From NCBI GenBank assembly GCA_965237675.1, contig OZ250150.1, positions 3,808,001 through 3,872,000 on the forward strand: DNA of 64,000 nt, written 5' to 3'. Under the pieces are notes generated by a model. The model was given only the letters and a program-made list of their open reading frames with translations. It was not told the origin of the DNA and did not search any database. A program made the position numbers and the translations under genes. Source of the DNA: Candidatus Latescibacterota bacterium. GTDB lineage: Bacteria > Latescibacterota > UBA2968 > GCA-2709665. Below are positions 29,994 to 40,477 of this stretch, in pieces. Numbering within the stretch: the stretch's first letter is position 1; each line of letters starts with the position of its first letter.

Positions 29994-31790
29994 TCAGGGA
30001 CTGGAGATTTCGCCGCCCACCAGCCGGATTCCGAGTTCCCTCAACTGGTCTGTGTCCACCGCCGACGGAGCACCGTCCATTAAAGAGGCGGCATTGTTGG
30101 TTTTGGGGAAGGCGATGACGTCGCGGATATATTCCCGTCCCGCCATCAACGCCACCAGGCGATCGTACCCGAAGGCGATCCCACCGTGGGGAGGCGCGCC
30201 ATAACGGAAAGCATCAAGTAGAAAACCGAATTTCTCTCCTGCCTCCGCGGGAGAAATATTCAACAGGTCGAACATTTTTTCCTGTATTTCCCTGCGGTGA
30301 ATACGAATGCTGCCGCCCGCAATTTCGTTTCCGTTCAGGGCGAGATCGTAAGCGCGTGCCCGAATCCCGGAAGGGTCGGTGACCATTTTCTCGATGTCTT
30401 CATCCACGGGCGAGGTAAACGGGTGGTGACATGCCGCGTACCGTTTTTCGCGGGCATCCCACTCCACGAGGGGGAAATGGGTAACCCACGTAAAACTGAA
30501 GCGATTGCGGTCCAGCAGGTTCAACTGGCTTGCCAGATTCAGTCGCAGATTGCCCAGGACGTCGGCCACAATGCCGGGCTGGTCTGCCGCAAAAAGCAGC
30601 AGATCGCCGGGCTCAGCCTCAAGGGCCTGCCGCAGAAGGGTCTGCGCCTGTTCAGGGAAAAATTTGACAATGGCCGATTCCATGCCGTTGTCGGTTACTT
30701 TGATCCACGCGAGGCCTTTGGCGCCGAAACCGCTAACGAATACGCCCAGGTCGTCGATCTGTTTGCGCGAAAACGTGCCACAACCCTTGGCATTAATGCC
30801 GCGAACCTGACCACCGGCGGAAAGGACACTCTTGAAGACCTGGAACTCGGAGGCTTCGGTGGCGGCGGTCAGATCGACGATTTCCAACCCGAAACGGGTA
30901 TCCGGTTTGTCGGAACCGTAGGTGTCGATCGCTTCCTGGTGAGTGAGGCGGGGAAACGGTCGAGGCAGGTCGATATCGAGGATTTCCTTGAAGAGGTGGA
31001 CAGTGAGCCGTTCCGACGCCCCCATCACGTCTTCTTCGTTGACAAAAGACATCTCGATGTCGATTTGGGTGAATTCCGGCTGCCGGTCCCCTCGCAGGTC
31101 TTCATCTCTGAAGCAGCGCACGATCTGAAAATATCGGTCAAACCCGGCAACCATGATCAACTGTTTGTAGGTTTGGGGGGATTGTGGCAGGGCGTAGAAG
31201 TGACCGGTGTTGATCCGGCTGGGTACCAGATAGTCCCGTGCACCTTCCGGGGTGCTTTTCATCAGAAACGGGGTTTCGACCTCGATAAAACCGTTGTCGG
31301 AGAGGAATCGTCGCGTCGTTTGCGATATGCGGTGCCGGAGCAGGATGTCGGATTGCAGGTCCGGGCGGCGCAGGTCCAGGTAACGATAGCGCAAACGGAC
31401 CTCTTCGTTGGCGTCCGACTCCGCTTCGATGAGAAAGGGCGGGGTTTCGGATGCGTTCAGAATTTTCAGTTCCGATGACTCGATGTCGATTTCGCCCGTT
31501 GACAGATTGGGATTCGCCATGCCGTCGGGCCGGGATTCCACCCGTCCTTTTACGGCCAACACGAATTCGTTCCGTATGGCTTCTGCCTTCCTGTGCACCT
31601 CCGGATTCAAATCGGGGCGGAAGACAACCTGCGTGAGCCCGTGCCGGTCGCGCAGGTCAATGAAAATTACGCCGCCGTGGTCCCTCCGTTTGGCGACCCA
31701 GCCCATCAGGGTGACTTGTCTGCCGATGTCCTGGGCGCGAAGATCGCCGCAGGTGTGCGTGCGTTTCCAGTCGCCGAGGGATTCCGCCAT
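29994..31790 (-). CDS. aspS: Aspartate--tRNA ligase
   Basis: RTHTCG, RRDHGGVIFIDLRD, PEGARDY, LPQSPQ, CFRDEDLRGDRQPEF, HHPFT, GAPPHGGIA. Confidence 0.97.
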   Translation of the reverse strand: MAESLGDWKRTHTCGDLRAQDIGRQVTLMGWVAKRRDHGGVIFIDLRDRHGLTQVVFRPDLNPEVHRKAEAIRNEFVLAVKGRVESRPDGMANPNLSTGEIDIESSELKILNASETPPFLIEAESDANEEVRLRYRYLDLRRPDLQSDILLRHRISQTTRRFLSDNGFIEVETPFLMKSTPEGARDYLVPSRINTGHFYALPQSPQTYKQLIMVAGFDRYFQIVRCFRDEDLRGDRQPEFTQIDIEMSFVNEEDVMGASERLTVHLFKEILDIDLPRPFPRLTHQEAIDTYGSDKPDTRFGLEIVDLTAATEASEFQVFKSVLSAGGQVRGINAKGCGTFSRKQIDDLGVFVSGFGAKGLAWIKVTDNGMESAIVKFFPEQAQTLLRQALEAEPGDLLLFAADQPGIVADVLGNLRLNLASQLNLLDRNRFSFTWVTHFPLVEWDAREKRYAACHHPFTSPVDEDIEKMVTDPSGIRARAYDLALNGNEIAGGSIRIHRREIQEKMFDLLNISPAEAGEKFGFLLDAFRYGAPPHGGIAFGYDRLVALMAGREYIRDVIAFPKTNNAASLMDGAPSAVDTDQLRELGIRLVGGEISSP

Positions 31791-31868
31791 ATTGAAGGCT
31801 CCGGTAAATGGGACGAAGCGAGACGCGTGAGTGCCGGTAAGCCGCGCCCACATCCCGATTTTCGGCTG

Positions 31869-33152
31869 CTAACGCGCTGTGTTTATGTGCGCCAGGAGCG
31901 TATCGATGTTGTCCGCCGGCAGGCTTGTCTGTACGCCCGTTGCCAGGTTCTTCACGACAACGGCGTTCGTTCGAGCTTCGTCGGGTCCGACAATGGCGAC
32001 AAAGGGAATCCCTTTTCGATGCGCGTATTTCAGTTGCCGGTCAAGTCGCTGACCGGGCTTCAGACCGAGTTCGACGGCCAGCCCCCGTGTTCTGGCCAAC
32101 CGCGCAAATCCGGCGGCTCGGTCGGCCAGATCTTCGGAAAAAACCGTCACCAGCAGATCGGCGACGGGAGCGGTTACGCCGGAAAGCAAATCCGATTCCT
32201 TCAGCAGCTCGGTAATCGCCATGTCGCCAACCGCAAAGCCAACGCCTGGTACCGGTCGTTTTCCACCCACCTGAAGGGTCAGATTGTCGTATCGCCCGCC
32301 GCCAAAAAGGGCGCGCCTGAGCAAATCTTTCGCCCAGGCTTCAAAAACGATGCCGGTATAATAGTCGAACCCGCGCACGATTTTCAGGTCGGGTTCCACG
32401 TATTCGGATACGCCATTTTTTTCGAGCAGCCCGATGACCCGTTCGAGCCGTGGCGAGAATCCGGGGTCTTTGCTTTCCAGTGTCTTTACAAGTCCGTCGA
32501 TTTGTCCTGAACTCAGGCCGAGGTTTTCCAGGCCGGCGCTGAGTTTGGGGAAGGGCATCTTGTCGATCCGGTCGACGATGGCGAACACCGGCGGAATCTG
32601 CACGGAGGAAAGGCCCAGGAAGTGAACGAGGTGCCTTTCGAGGCCCTGCCGATCGTTGAGCCTGACCGTCACCTGATCGGGAGACAGACCAACGACCTTG
32701 AAGAGTTCACAGGCGATCGTTATAATTTCGGCGTCGGCATAGACGGTATCGCTTCCCAGCAGATCGATGTTCCATTGAAAGAAAGCCCGTCCCCGTCCCC
32801 GCTGCGGGCGTTCGTACCGATAGAAACGTCCGTAGGACTGCCAACGCAAAGGAAAAACAAGCCGATGTTCCTGTTGGGCCACCATGCGGGCAAGGGTTGG
32901 CGTCAGCTCGGGACGAAGAACCAGGAGTTTCTCGCCGCGGCCGGACAATGAAAACGTCTGCCGGCCCACGATTTCTTCGCTGGTCTTACCAAGGTAAAGA
33001 TCCATGTATTCCAAAATTGGACCTTCGTATTCCTGGTAGCCGAAGCCGGCGCCGAGCGCAATGCACCGCTCAGCGAGCCATTTCTGATGGGCCCATTCTT
33101 CCGGGTAGAAATCCCGGACCCCTTTGACGCGAGGGATGAGTTCAGCCGACAT
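31869..33152 (-). CDS. hisS: Histidine--tRNA ligase
   Basis: KGVRDFYP, LRPELT, RYERPQRGR, VRGFDYYTG, GGGRYDNL, GVGFAVG. Confidence 0.96.
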   Translation of the reverse strand: MSAELIPRVKGVRDFYPEEWAHQKWLAERCIALGAGFGYQEYEGPILEYMDLYLGKTSEEIVGRQTFSLSGRGEKLLVLRPELTPTLARMVAQQEHRLVFPLRWQSYGRFYRYERPQRGRGRAFFQWNIDLLGSDTVYADAEIITIACELFKVVGLSPDQVTVRLNDRQGLERHLVHFLGLSSVQIPPVFAIVDRIDKMPFPKLSAGLENLGLSSGQIDGLVKTLESKDPGFSPRLERVIGLLEKNGVSEYVEPDLKIVRGFDYYTGIVFEAWAKDLLRRALFGGGRYDNLTLQVGGKRPVPGVGFAVGDMAITELLKESDLLSGVTAPVADLLVTVFSEDLADRAAGFARLARTRGLAVELGLKPGQRLDRQLKYAHRKGIPFVAIVGPDEARTNAVVVKNLATGVQTSLPADNIDTLLAHINTAR

Positions 33153-33237
33153 GGTTTCCCGAATTCTGTTCGATAAGCCCTTGATTTTCAGCCAAATCGA
33201 TAAAGGTATACACAAGCGGACTCGATGTCAAGATATA

Positions 33238-34407
33238 TCAGGTTTCCGGTCGAAAAGCCGCCCTGAGATGCCGAGACTGAGGCGAATTGCCCGTAAACTG
33301 AACGGTGACTACGTCGAAACGCGGAGCCAGATCGGGGGAAGCGTGGCGTTGGAGAAACGCCCGGGCGACCCTGATGATTTGACGTTGTTTTTCGAGAGTC
33401 ACACGGGTTTCGGGGGGGACGATGCCCTGGACGGCAGCGGTCTTTACCTCGACAAACGCAAGAATACGATCTTTGGATGCGATCAGATCGATTTCTCCCC
33501 CCGCCGCCCGATAGTTTCGGCGGAGGATCCGGTAGCCCGTTCTTGAGAGCATCGCGGCAGCCACGTTCTCGCCCCGTCGGCCCGCCCGGGAAAGACGGGT
33601 CTGGAAATTCTCGACAGGCCTGTGACGATCATGCTCGGCCGACGACACCCCTTTAAAGGAACGGCGGTGGATCCGGCAGGGGCCATAAACTCGGAGGGCC
33701 CGCCTGTGTTTTGCGCTGCCATATCCCTTGTGGTCTGCAAAGCCGTATTCCGGAAATTGGGTATGAAAGGCAGACATTTTGCGGTCTCTCGTCACTTTGG
33801 CCAGGACGGATGCGGCCGCAATGGAGAGCGAGGCCGCGTCTCCGTCGATCACGGCGGTTTCGGGAAAGGGGCTTCCGGGAACGCCGGGGCCGTCCACCAG
33901 GATGCGGTCGGGTGTGAGCCCAAGCCGTTTGATGGCGCGTCGCATCGCGAGATAGGTGGCCTGCAGGATATTCAGGCGGTCGATTTCCTGCGCCGAGGCT
34001 TCGCCGATACCGTGTGCGACGGCGGTTTCTTTGATCCGGACGTAGAGGCTCGCCCGCTTTCGAGGGGAGAGTACCTTGGAGTCGTTTAGCCCCGGGATCA
34101 GGATTTCCCGCGGAAAAATAACCGCTGCGGCCACGACCGGACCGGCCAATGGCCCTCTCCCGGCTTCGTCGACGCCGGCGATGTGGCATAGGCCCCGGGC
34201 ATGCAACTGACGTTCCAGAATCCGCATTTTTTCGAGGCGCGCGCTTTCGGCAGCCATGGATTTTCGGCGCCGACGCGCCTTGACAGCCAGACTGCGCACA
34301 CCGACGCGAGGGTCGGCATCCAGGATATCCAGCAGGGCCACGTCGATATCGTCCCGGCGAAGGAGGAGATCGCGAACCTCGGATATGGTGAGATCGGACA
34401 GGTTCAT
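33238..34407 (-). CDS. rnhB: Ribonuclease HII fused to a YraN (UPF0102) domain
   Basis: AGVDEAGRGPLAGPV, LNDSK, SIAAASVLAKV, HKGYG, HRRSF; then in frame GRRGE..A...GY..L.RNYR...GEIDLIA.....FVEVK...PRFDV. Confidence 0.9.
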   Translation of the reverse strand: MNLSDLTISEVRDLLLRRDDIDVALLDILDADPRVGVRSLAVKARRRRKSMAAESARLEKMRILERQLHARGLCHIAGVDEAGRGPLAGPVVAAAVIFPREILIPGLNDSKVLSPRKRASLYVRIKETAVAHGIGEASAQEIDRLNILQATYLAMRRAIKRLGLTPDRILVDGPGVPGSPFPETAVIDGDAASLSIAAASVLAKVTRDRKMSAFHTQFPEYGFADHKGYGSAKHRRALRVYGPCRIHRRSFKGVSSAEHDRHRPVENFQTRLSRAGRRGENVAAAMLSRTGYRILRRNYRAAGGEIDLIASKDRILAFVEVKTAAVQGIVPPETRVTLEKQRQIIRVARAFLQRHASPDLAPRFDVVTVQFTGNSPQSRHLRAAFRPET

Positions 34408-34875
34408 GTGAAAAAGGATCTGGCCAGTGGCCGGGAGTTTTCGAAGCCGTGGCGAGTGGTACTCTGTTTGGAACGAACCCGATGTGTCAAAAGCCCCTTG
34501 CGCGCACTCTACATTATGGTCGAATGCCAGTGGACATGCAAGAAAAAGCGATCTCGCCGTCGGCAACGAGGCAAAGAATCCGGAGGCGCGCGCGAATCCT
34601 GCAAGAACGACCGGGGCAGACGGGGTGGATTCCGCGGTGGTGCGGCACTCGCCGCGCCCATCGTTGGCAGAGGTAAATCCGCAAATGGGACAGGACAGCC
34701 TGCCCCTGCCGGAAGTTGAATTCCGGAAGGGATATTTATATATTCAAACGGATATCAACGCCCGATGGCGGGAAACCCGGTCCTCGCGACAAGGGTCCGC
34801 GCTTCGCATCGTGGCGCGTACACGCCCTCATCCACGGAATTCTACGGGGCGCCATGGCGATCGTTGGGGGAGACG

Positions 34876-36645
34876 ATGGCGGAACCGCGTTCGAAAATCG
34901 AGAATTTCCGAAAGTTGCTGCAATTCCTCCGGCCGTATGCCGCGAGGTTGGCCGGCGCATTGGGTTTGACTGTGTTGTTGGCGGTCTTGGGAATGGCGCC
35001 GCCACTGATCGTCATGTATATCGTTGACGAGGTGATCGTGGCGGGCCGCTGGGAGATGCTGGAGATCACCGCGGCGTTGCTGGTCGCCGTTCCGGTACTC
35101 GCGGCGGGTTTGCGCGTGGCAAATGCATTTGCACTCTCGTACGCCTCTCACCGGTTGATCATGAACGTGCGATTGACAATGTACAAACATGTGTTCCGGC
35201 TATCCATGAGGTTTCATGACGAGATGGGCACGGGCAAAGTGATGTCCCGGATGATGGGGGATGTGGCGACGGTGCGTCAGATGGTTTCGATGCAGATGCT
35301 GCGCATTGTGACGGATTTGATAACGATCGTTGCGGCGCTGGGTATCTGCTACGGGCTGAACTGGAAACTGGCGATGCTGATGATAATTGTGATGCCGCTG
35401 TACGTTGTCAACTACAGGATCTTCATAGGACCGATACGCACTTCCAGACGCCGGTGGCGGCAAAAGATGGACGATGTGTCGGTCGGGCTGCAGGAGCGGT
35501 TGAGCGGCGCGCGGTTGGTGAAGGCCTACGGAAGGGAGAGACGAGAGAACAGGGCGTTTGCGGAGGAAACCCGTGCGGGCCTGGAATTCGCGATGCAGTC
35601 TGAAACGCATCGCGCATCAGCACAGTCCGGCTTCTGGGTGGTATCGGGAATCCGCAACACGCTGATTTTCTGTCTGGGCTGCTATTTCGTTATTCAAGGG
35701 GAAATGACTTACGGCGGCGTAATGGCCTTTCTGGCTTACGCGATGCGGGTTTTTCAGCCGGTTTTGAACCTGCTGAATGTGGGCATTCAACTTGAAGATA
35801 TGATGGTATCCGTGGATCGCATCTATGAAATCCTGGACCATCCCGTTGAAATCCGGGACGCACCGGACGCCGTGGAACTTCCCAGGGTTCAGGGTCATAT
35901 CGTTTTTGACAACGTGGGATTCGAGTATAAAGCGGGAGAACCCGTATTGAAAAATATCTGCCTGGACGTTCAACCGGGACAGATGGTTGCGCTGGTCGGC
36001 CACACGGGCTGTGGAAAAACGACGTTGACCAGCCTGCTGATGCGATACTATGACGTGACGGAAGGCGCGATACGCGTTGATGGACACGATATCCGGGAGG
36101 TGAGGATCAGATCCCTCCGGAAGCAGGTGGGACAGGTGCTGCAGGACTCGGTGCTTTTTGACATGACGCTTCGGGAGAACCTTTGTTACGGCAAAACGGA
36201 TGCGCCCGACCGGGACGTAATCGACGCGGCGCGTGTAGGTGAGATTCACGAGTTTATAATGCGAACGCGGGATGGATACGATACCCGGGTTGGAGATGAC
36301 GGCATCAAGCTTTCGGTGGGCGAGAAACAGAGGCTTTCCATCGCGCGGGCGGTGCTCACCCATCCCGCGATCCTGATTCTGGATGAGGCGACTTCGTCAC
36401 TGGATTCGCTTTCCGAAGCCCTGATTCAGAGGGCGATGGCCAACGTCTTGAAGGATCGTACGTCTTTCGTCATTGCTCACCGGCTGTCTACCGTTGTGAC
36501 AGCCGATCTGATCGTCGTTATGGACCATGGCGAGATCGTTGAGCGGGGCACACACGACGTGTTGATGCAGATACCGAATGGAAAGTACCGGCGTCTCGTC
36601 GAGCAGCAATTTGCACAAAGTGAGTCGGGAGACATCGAAAATTGA
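34876..36645 (+). CDS. ABC exporter TMD-NBD subunit 1
   Basis: 6-TM domain, GHTGCGKT, degenerate signature LSVGEKQR, ILILDEAT, IAHRLS. Confidence 0.93.
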   Translation: MAEPRSKIENFRKLLQFLRPYAARLAGALGLTVLLAVLGMAPPLIVMYIVDEVIVAGRWEMLEITAALLVAVPVLAAGLRVANAFALSYASHRLIMNVRLTMYKHVFRLSMRFHDEMGTGKVMSRMMGDVATVRQMVSMQMLRIVTDLITIVAALGICYGLNWKLAMLMIIVMPLYVVNYRIFIGPIRTSRRRWRQKMDDVSVGLQERLSGARLVKAYGRERRENRAFAEETRAGLEFAMQSETHRASAQSGFWVVSGIRNTLIFCLGCYFVIQGEMTYGGVMAFLAYAMRVFQPVLNLLNVGIQLEDMMVSVDRIYEILDHPVEIRDAPDAVELPRVQGHIVFDNVGFEYKAGEPVLKNICLDVQPGQMVALVGHTGCGKTTLTSLLMRYYDVTEGAIRVDGHDIREVRIRSLRKQVGQVLQDSVLFDMTLRENLCYGKTDAPDRDVIDAARVGEIHEFIMRTRDGYDTRVGDDGIKLSVGEKQRLSIARAVLTHPAILILDEATSSLDSLSEALIQRAMANVLKDRTSFVIAHRLSTVVTADLIVVMDHGEIVERGTHDVLMQIPNGKYRRLVEQQFAQSESGDIEN

Positions 36646-36681
36646 GGCGTGCCTGCACGCCGGACTTGATTGGAACACACT

Positions 36682-38589
36682 ATGAAGACGTATCTCAAAC
36701 GATTCGTAAAGATCTATATCCGGCCATTCCGGCTCCGGGTTGCTCTGGTGATGTGCCTGGCGGGTATCACGGGGTCCTATTTTTATATTCTGGGTTACAT
36801 CACCAAGACAGCGGTGGATGATGTGCTTCAGATCCGGCCCGAGACGATCCTTGAATCCGATGCCGGCCCCACGGACCGGGCACCAGTACGACCCCTTGCT
36901 GAGAAAATGGATCAGAAAATCGGACGGGACCCGCAGCGGGTCTTGCCGCATGACTGGGACACGGATCGTCCAAAGCCGACCAAAACCCGGTCGGAGAAAA
37001 TCAAATGGCTCTGGATCGTATTTGGCTTTTATCTGACGGTGCGCCTTTTGTTTGCGGGGCTGAACTGGTTTTTCAATTACAATATCGCATTTGTGGGCAA
37101 TCGAATTGTGTTTCGGGTACGGCTGGATTTGCACCAGAAGGTGCAGAAATTGCAGATGTCGTTTTTCGACCGGAAACAGATCGGTAAGCTCATGTCGCGC
37201 ATTCTGGACGATGTACAACTGCTGCAAAGCGAAGTGACCACGACATTTGTGGATACGATCGGCCACGTGGCCAAAATCCTGGTTGGCATCGTGGTTCTGC
37301 TGCTGATTAACGTGAAACTCGCCGCCTTTGCACTCCTGGCGCTCCCGCTTTACGTGCTTACTTACAGGATGTTGCAGCGCCCGATCACAGAGACGTTCGC
37401 CCGGATGCGTGAAGCCTACGCCGACACATACGGTATACTGGAAGAACGAGTTCGGGGCATTCGGGTGGTGTACTCGTTTACGAATGAACGCAGGGAACGA
37501 AAGTTGTTCTTCAGACGGTTGGCATCCATTTTCAGGCTTTCCGTGAAAAATTCGATGCTGACCGCCAGCCTGCACGCCACCTGCGCGGCTATCAGTGCCG
37601 TAGCCGGTGCGTTGATCCTCTATTGGGGTGCGCTGATGGTTCGGGGCGGAATTATGACGGTGGGGGAGTTGATTTATTTCAATATGTCGCTATCCAATTT
37701 ATTTATGCCGCTGGTGGGGCTCACCAACGTCAATGTGGTCATCAGGCAGATGGCCGTCGTTATTTCGCGAGTGTTCGAGGTGCTGGATGAGGATGTATTG
37801 ATTGAAGACCGGCCGGAAGCGATCATGTTGAAACGTGTGCGAGGACGAGTGGTATTTCGGAACGTCTGGTTCAAATACAATGCCCTTGCGGATGCCGTAA
37901 TAAAGGACCTGACTTTCTCAGTCAGGCCCGGCATGTCTGTGGCGGTTGTGGGGCCTTCCGGGGCGGGCAAAAGCACGCTTTTGAGCCTGCTGCTTAGGCT
38001 CTATGAACCGACGCATGGGAGTATTCTGCTGGACGACTACGATCTTCGCGACCTCCGCCTTTCGTGCATCCGTCGGTACATCAGTATGGTGCCGCAGGAA
38101 CCCGTGCTGTTTTCCGGGACGATTTCACAGAATATCGTCTATGGCAGGGATGGCGCAACACCGGATCAGATTATGGAGGCCGCCAGGCGGGCTGAGTTGC
38201 ACGATTTTATTATCGGCCTGCCGGAGAAATACGAAGCCAGAGTCGAGGAGGGCGGCAGCAATCTGTCAGGAGGCCAAAAGCAGCGCCTGGCGCTGGCCAT
38301 GGCGATCCTGACCGACCCTGCCATCCTGATCCTGGATGATACGACATCGGCGCTGGATGCCGGCACCGAGGCCCGTATCCAGAAGACCCTGGATCGCGTA
38401 ATGGACGGACGAACGACGTTTGTAATCACCCATCGGATTTCAACGGCCATCCGTGCGGACCGGATTCTGGTACTGGACAATGGACGGATGGCGGGGTGGG
38501 GGACCCACGAGGCATTGCTGTCTCAGGGAGGGGTATACGGTCAACTCCACGACGAGCAGCAGCTGTTGTCGGCGGAGCCGTCCGGCTAA
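36682..38589 (+). CDS. ABC exporter TMD-NBD subunit 2
   Basis: GPSGAGKS, LSGGQKQR, degenerate Walker B ILILDDTT, ITHRIS. Confidence 0.93.
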   Translation: MKTYLKRFVKIYIRPFRLRVALVMCLAGITGSYFYILGYITKTAVDDVLQIRPETILESDAGPTDRAPVRPLAEKMDQKIGRDPQRVLPHDWDTDRPKPTKTRSEKIKWLWIVFGFYLTVRLLFAGLNWFFNYNIAFVGNRIVFRVRLDLHQKVQKLQMSFFDRKQIGKLMSRILDDVQLLQSEVTTTFVDTIGHVAKILVGIVVLLLINVKLAAFALLALPLYVLTYRMLQRPITETFARMREAYADTYGILEERVRGIRVVYSFTNERRERKLFFRRLASIFRLSVKNSMLTASLHATCAAISAVAGALILYWGALMVRGGIMTVGELIYFNMSLSNLFMPLVGLTNVNVVIRQMAVVISRVFEVLDEDVLIEDRPEAIMLKRVRGRVVFRNVWFKYNALADAVIKDLTFSVRPGMSVAVVGPSGAGKSTLLSLLLRLYEPTHGSILLDDYDLRDLRLSCIRRYISMVPQEPVLFSGTISQNIVYGRDGATPDQIMEAARRAELHDFIIGLPEKYEARVEEGGSNLSGGQKQRLALAMAILTDPAILILDDTTSALDAGTEARIQKTLDRVMDGRTTFVITHRISTAIRADRILVLDNGRMAGWGTHEALLSQGGVYGQLHDEQQLLSAEPSG

Positions 38590-38703
38590 GGAGGTCGCAG
38601 CATCGCCGGGAGCGTATCGATGCGACGATGAAAACGACGCGTTGGTTGGAGGGGTCAGGCGAGATCGCCCATGATGCTCATTCGCCTTGAACAGGAGCCA
38701 TCT

Positions 38704-39477
38704 TCATTCGTTTACGGGCTCCAGTTGATTGAGCAGGGTTTCGTCTTCGCCGCTGTATTTCTTGATGCAAAGGTCGCAATCCGGACAGGGACGGTTGTAG
38801 CAATTCTTGTGCACCCGGATCGGGTACTGAAGCTGAAACGCTTCACTGCAGTGTTTGGAACAGAATACGTAACGGTCCTGGTAGCTCCCGAATGCGGCGT
38901 AGACGACGGTGACTTCCTCATCGGCCAGCATCAGGTTTTTTTCACACCAGCTGCAGATGCCTGCCTGCTCCCTTGCCCGGGCGGTACGCTTTTTTTTGAT
39001 TTCTTCTTCGGACCACACGTATTCAATGTGCTGGACGTTATCTTTGGAGACTTTGGCGCGCACCACTCCGTCCGTAATGCCCAGAATATAGCCGCCCTGA
39101 GAGTCGAAAGTGGTACCGCATTCGATATTGTGTCCGGTCTTGAGGTGAATGATGGACTTGCCTTCTTCCGGCGATATGAACGAAAACCAGCCGCAACTTG
39201 CGCAGACACTGGTGAAGAGAAACTGCCGCGTCTTATGGCCGCAGGAAGGACAACGCCCTTCCTCCATCATACGGATGTCCTGCAACGTGGTTCTGGCGGC
39301 CTTCTTGACGGCAACGTTGATTTCCTCCATGGTTTCGTCGAGGTCGTCGCGGCCCTCCTCGGCAAGAAGATTCATGGCTTCTTCGGCTTCTTCAGCCTGT
39401 CCTTCGATTACGATCTGTTTCTCACGACTCGAAGTCGGATTTTCTTCCTCGTCACGTTTAAAAATGCCCTTCAACAT
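38704..39477 (-). CDS. Hypothetical multi-zinc-finger protein
   Basis: Acidic N-terminus; CPSC..CASC, CSWC..FCSKHC (TRASH-like), HKNCYNRPCPDCDLC. Confidence 0.7.
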   Translation of the reverse strand: MLKGIFKRDEEENPTSSREKQIVIEGQAEEAEEAMNLLAEEGRDDLDETMEEINVAVKKAARTTLQDIRMMEEGRCPSCGHKTRQFLFTSVCASCGWFSFISPEEGKSIIHLKTGHNIECGTTFDSQGGYILGITDGVVRAKVSKDNVQHIEYVWSEEEIKKKRTARAREQAGICSWCEKNLMLADEEVTVVYAAFGSYQDRYVFCSKHCSEAFQLQYPIRVHKNCYNRPCPDCDLCIKKYSGEDETLLNQLEPVNE

Positions 39478-39706
39478 AAGGCCGCACCCCGGATTTAGGC
39501 CAACACGAACACGGTGTTGTCGAAGTTGGGTTCGCTGGCGGTCTGGCGGACTTCAAATCACGCCAACGCCGGCACAGGGTTATTCGATCGTCTTTCTGGT
39601 TTGGTCTTTAAAAAGAAAATTAGAGTACGCTGACGCAGTTTATCGAATATAACGATGCTATGCCAATAAGTCAATCTCCGGGGCGGGAACACGTCAACTT
39701 GCCATT

Positions 39707-40477
39707 TCACAGGCGCCGCAGGTGAAAACCGCCGTCGACAGGGATCACCGCCCCCGTTGTGAAGTCGAAATAACCCAGGGCGACAGCAGCTACCGCTTTC
39801 CCGACGTCTTCAGGCAACCCCCAGCGTCGGATAGGCGTAAGGCCCTCGGCAATCCGCCGGTCATATTTTTCTCTGACGGGTCGGGTCATATCCGTCTTGA
39901 TGATGCCGGGCTGAATCTCGTTGACGGTGATCCCGTACTCTGCCAACCGGTCCGCAAAGAGCGCTGTCATCATGCTGAGGCCTGCCTTGGAGACACAGTA
40001 CTCGCCTCTGGATGTGGAGCTTGCGAAGGCCGAGACCGACGTGATATTCACAATTCTAGCCTTCGTCACAATCTCGTGCCTGGTGAGTTGGATCATGCGG
40101 TTGGCTGCCAGTTGGGTCAGGAAGTAGGGGCCTCTGAGGTTCGTATTCAGAACTTCGTCGTAATTCTCTAGGGTGGCTTCAAGAATATCCGCTCGGGTCC
40201 GTGGGGCGATTCCGGCGTTATTTACCAGCAGGTCGAGACGGCCGAACGCATCCATGGTGAATTCGATCAGGCGCCGGCAATCCTCGGGGACTGCGATAGA
40301 CGCCCTGCAGATGCGGGGCTGCCGATTTCGTTTGCGGATCTCGTCAGCCGTCTGTTCGGCGGCGTCTCGGTTCTTTGCGTAGTTGACAACGATGTCATAG
40401 CCGACGTCGGCCAGACAACAGGCAATGGCTCGGCCAATGCCCCGGCTTGAGCCCGTAACGAGTGCGACTGGGGCCAT
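39707..40477 (-). CDS. SDR oxidoreductase (3-ketoacyl-ACP reductase-like)
   Basis: VTGSSRGIG, NNAG, YCVSK, IQPGIIKTDMT, VDGG. Confidence 0.92.
   Translation of the reverse strand: MAPVALVTGSSRGIGRAIACCLADVGYDIVVNYAKNRDAAEQTADEIRKRNRQPRICRASIAVPEDCRRLIEFTMDAFGRLDLLVNNAGIAPRTRADILEATLENYDEVLNTNLRGPYFLTQLAANRMIQLTRHEIVTKARIVNITSVSAFASSTSRGEYCVSKAGLSMMTALFADRLAEYGITVNEIQPGIIKTDMTRPVREKYDRRIAEGLTPIRRWGLPEDVGKAVAAVALGYFDFTTGAVIPVDGGFHLRRL

Noticed and set aside
34611-34712. GC-rich foldable stretch upstream of the ABC exporter with FMN- or c-di-GMP-I-like words
   Set aside because: Core conserved elements of both aptamers are missing; pairing is explicable by high GC.
26132-37575. Long antisense ORFs (e.g. 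26132..27364, 30297..31478, 36397..37575)
   Set aside because: Shadow frames of well-supported genes, expected at this GC content.
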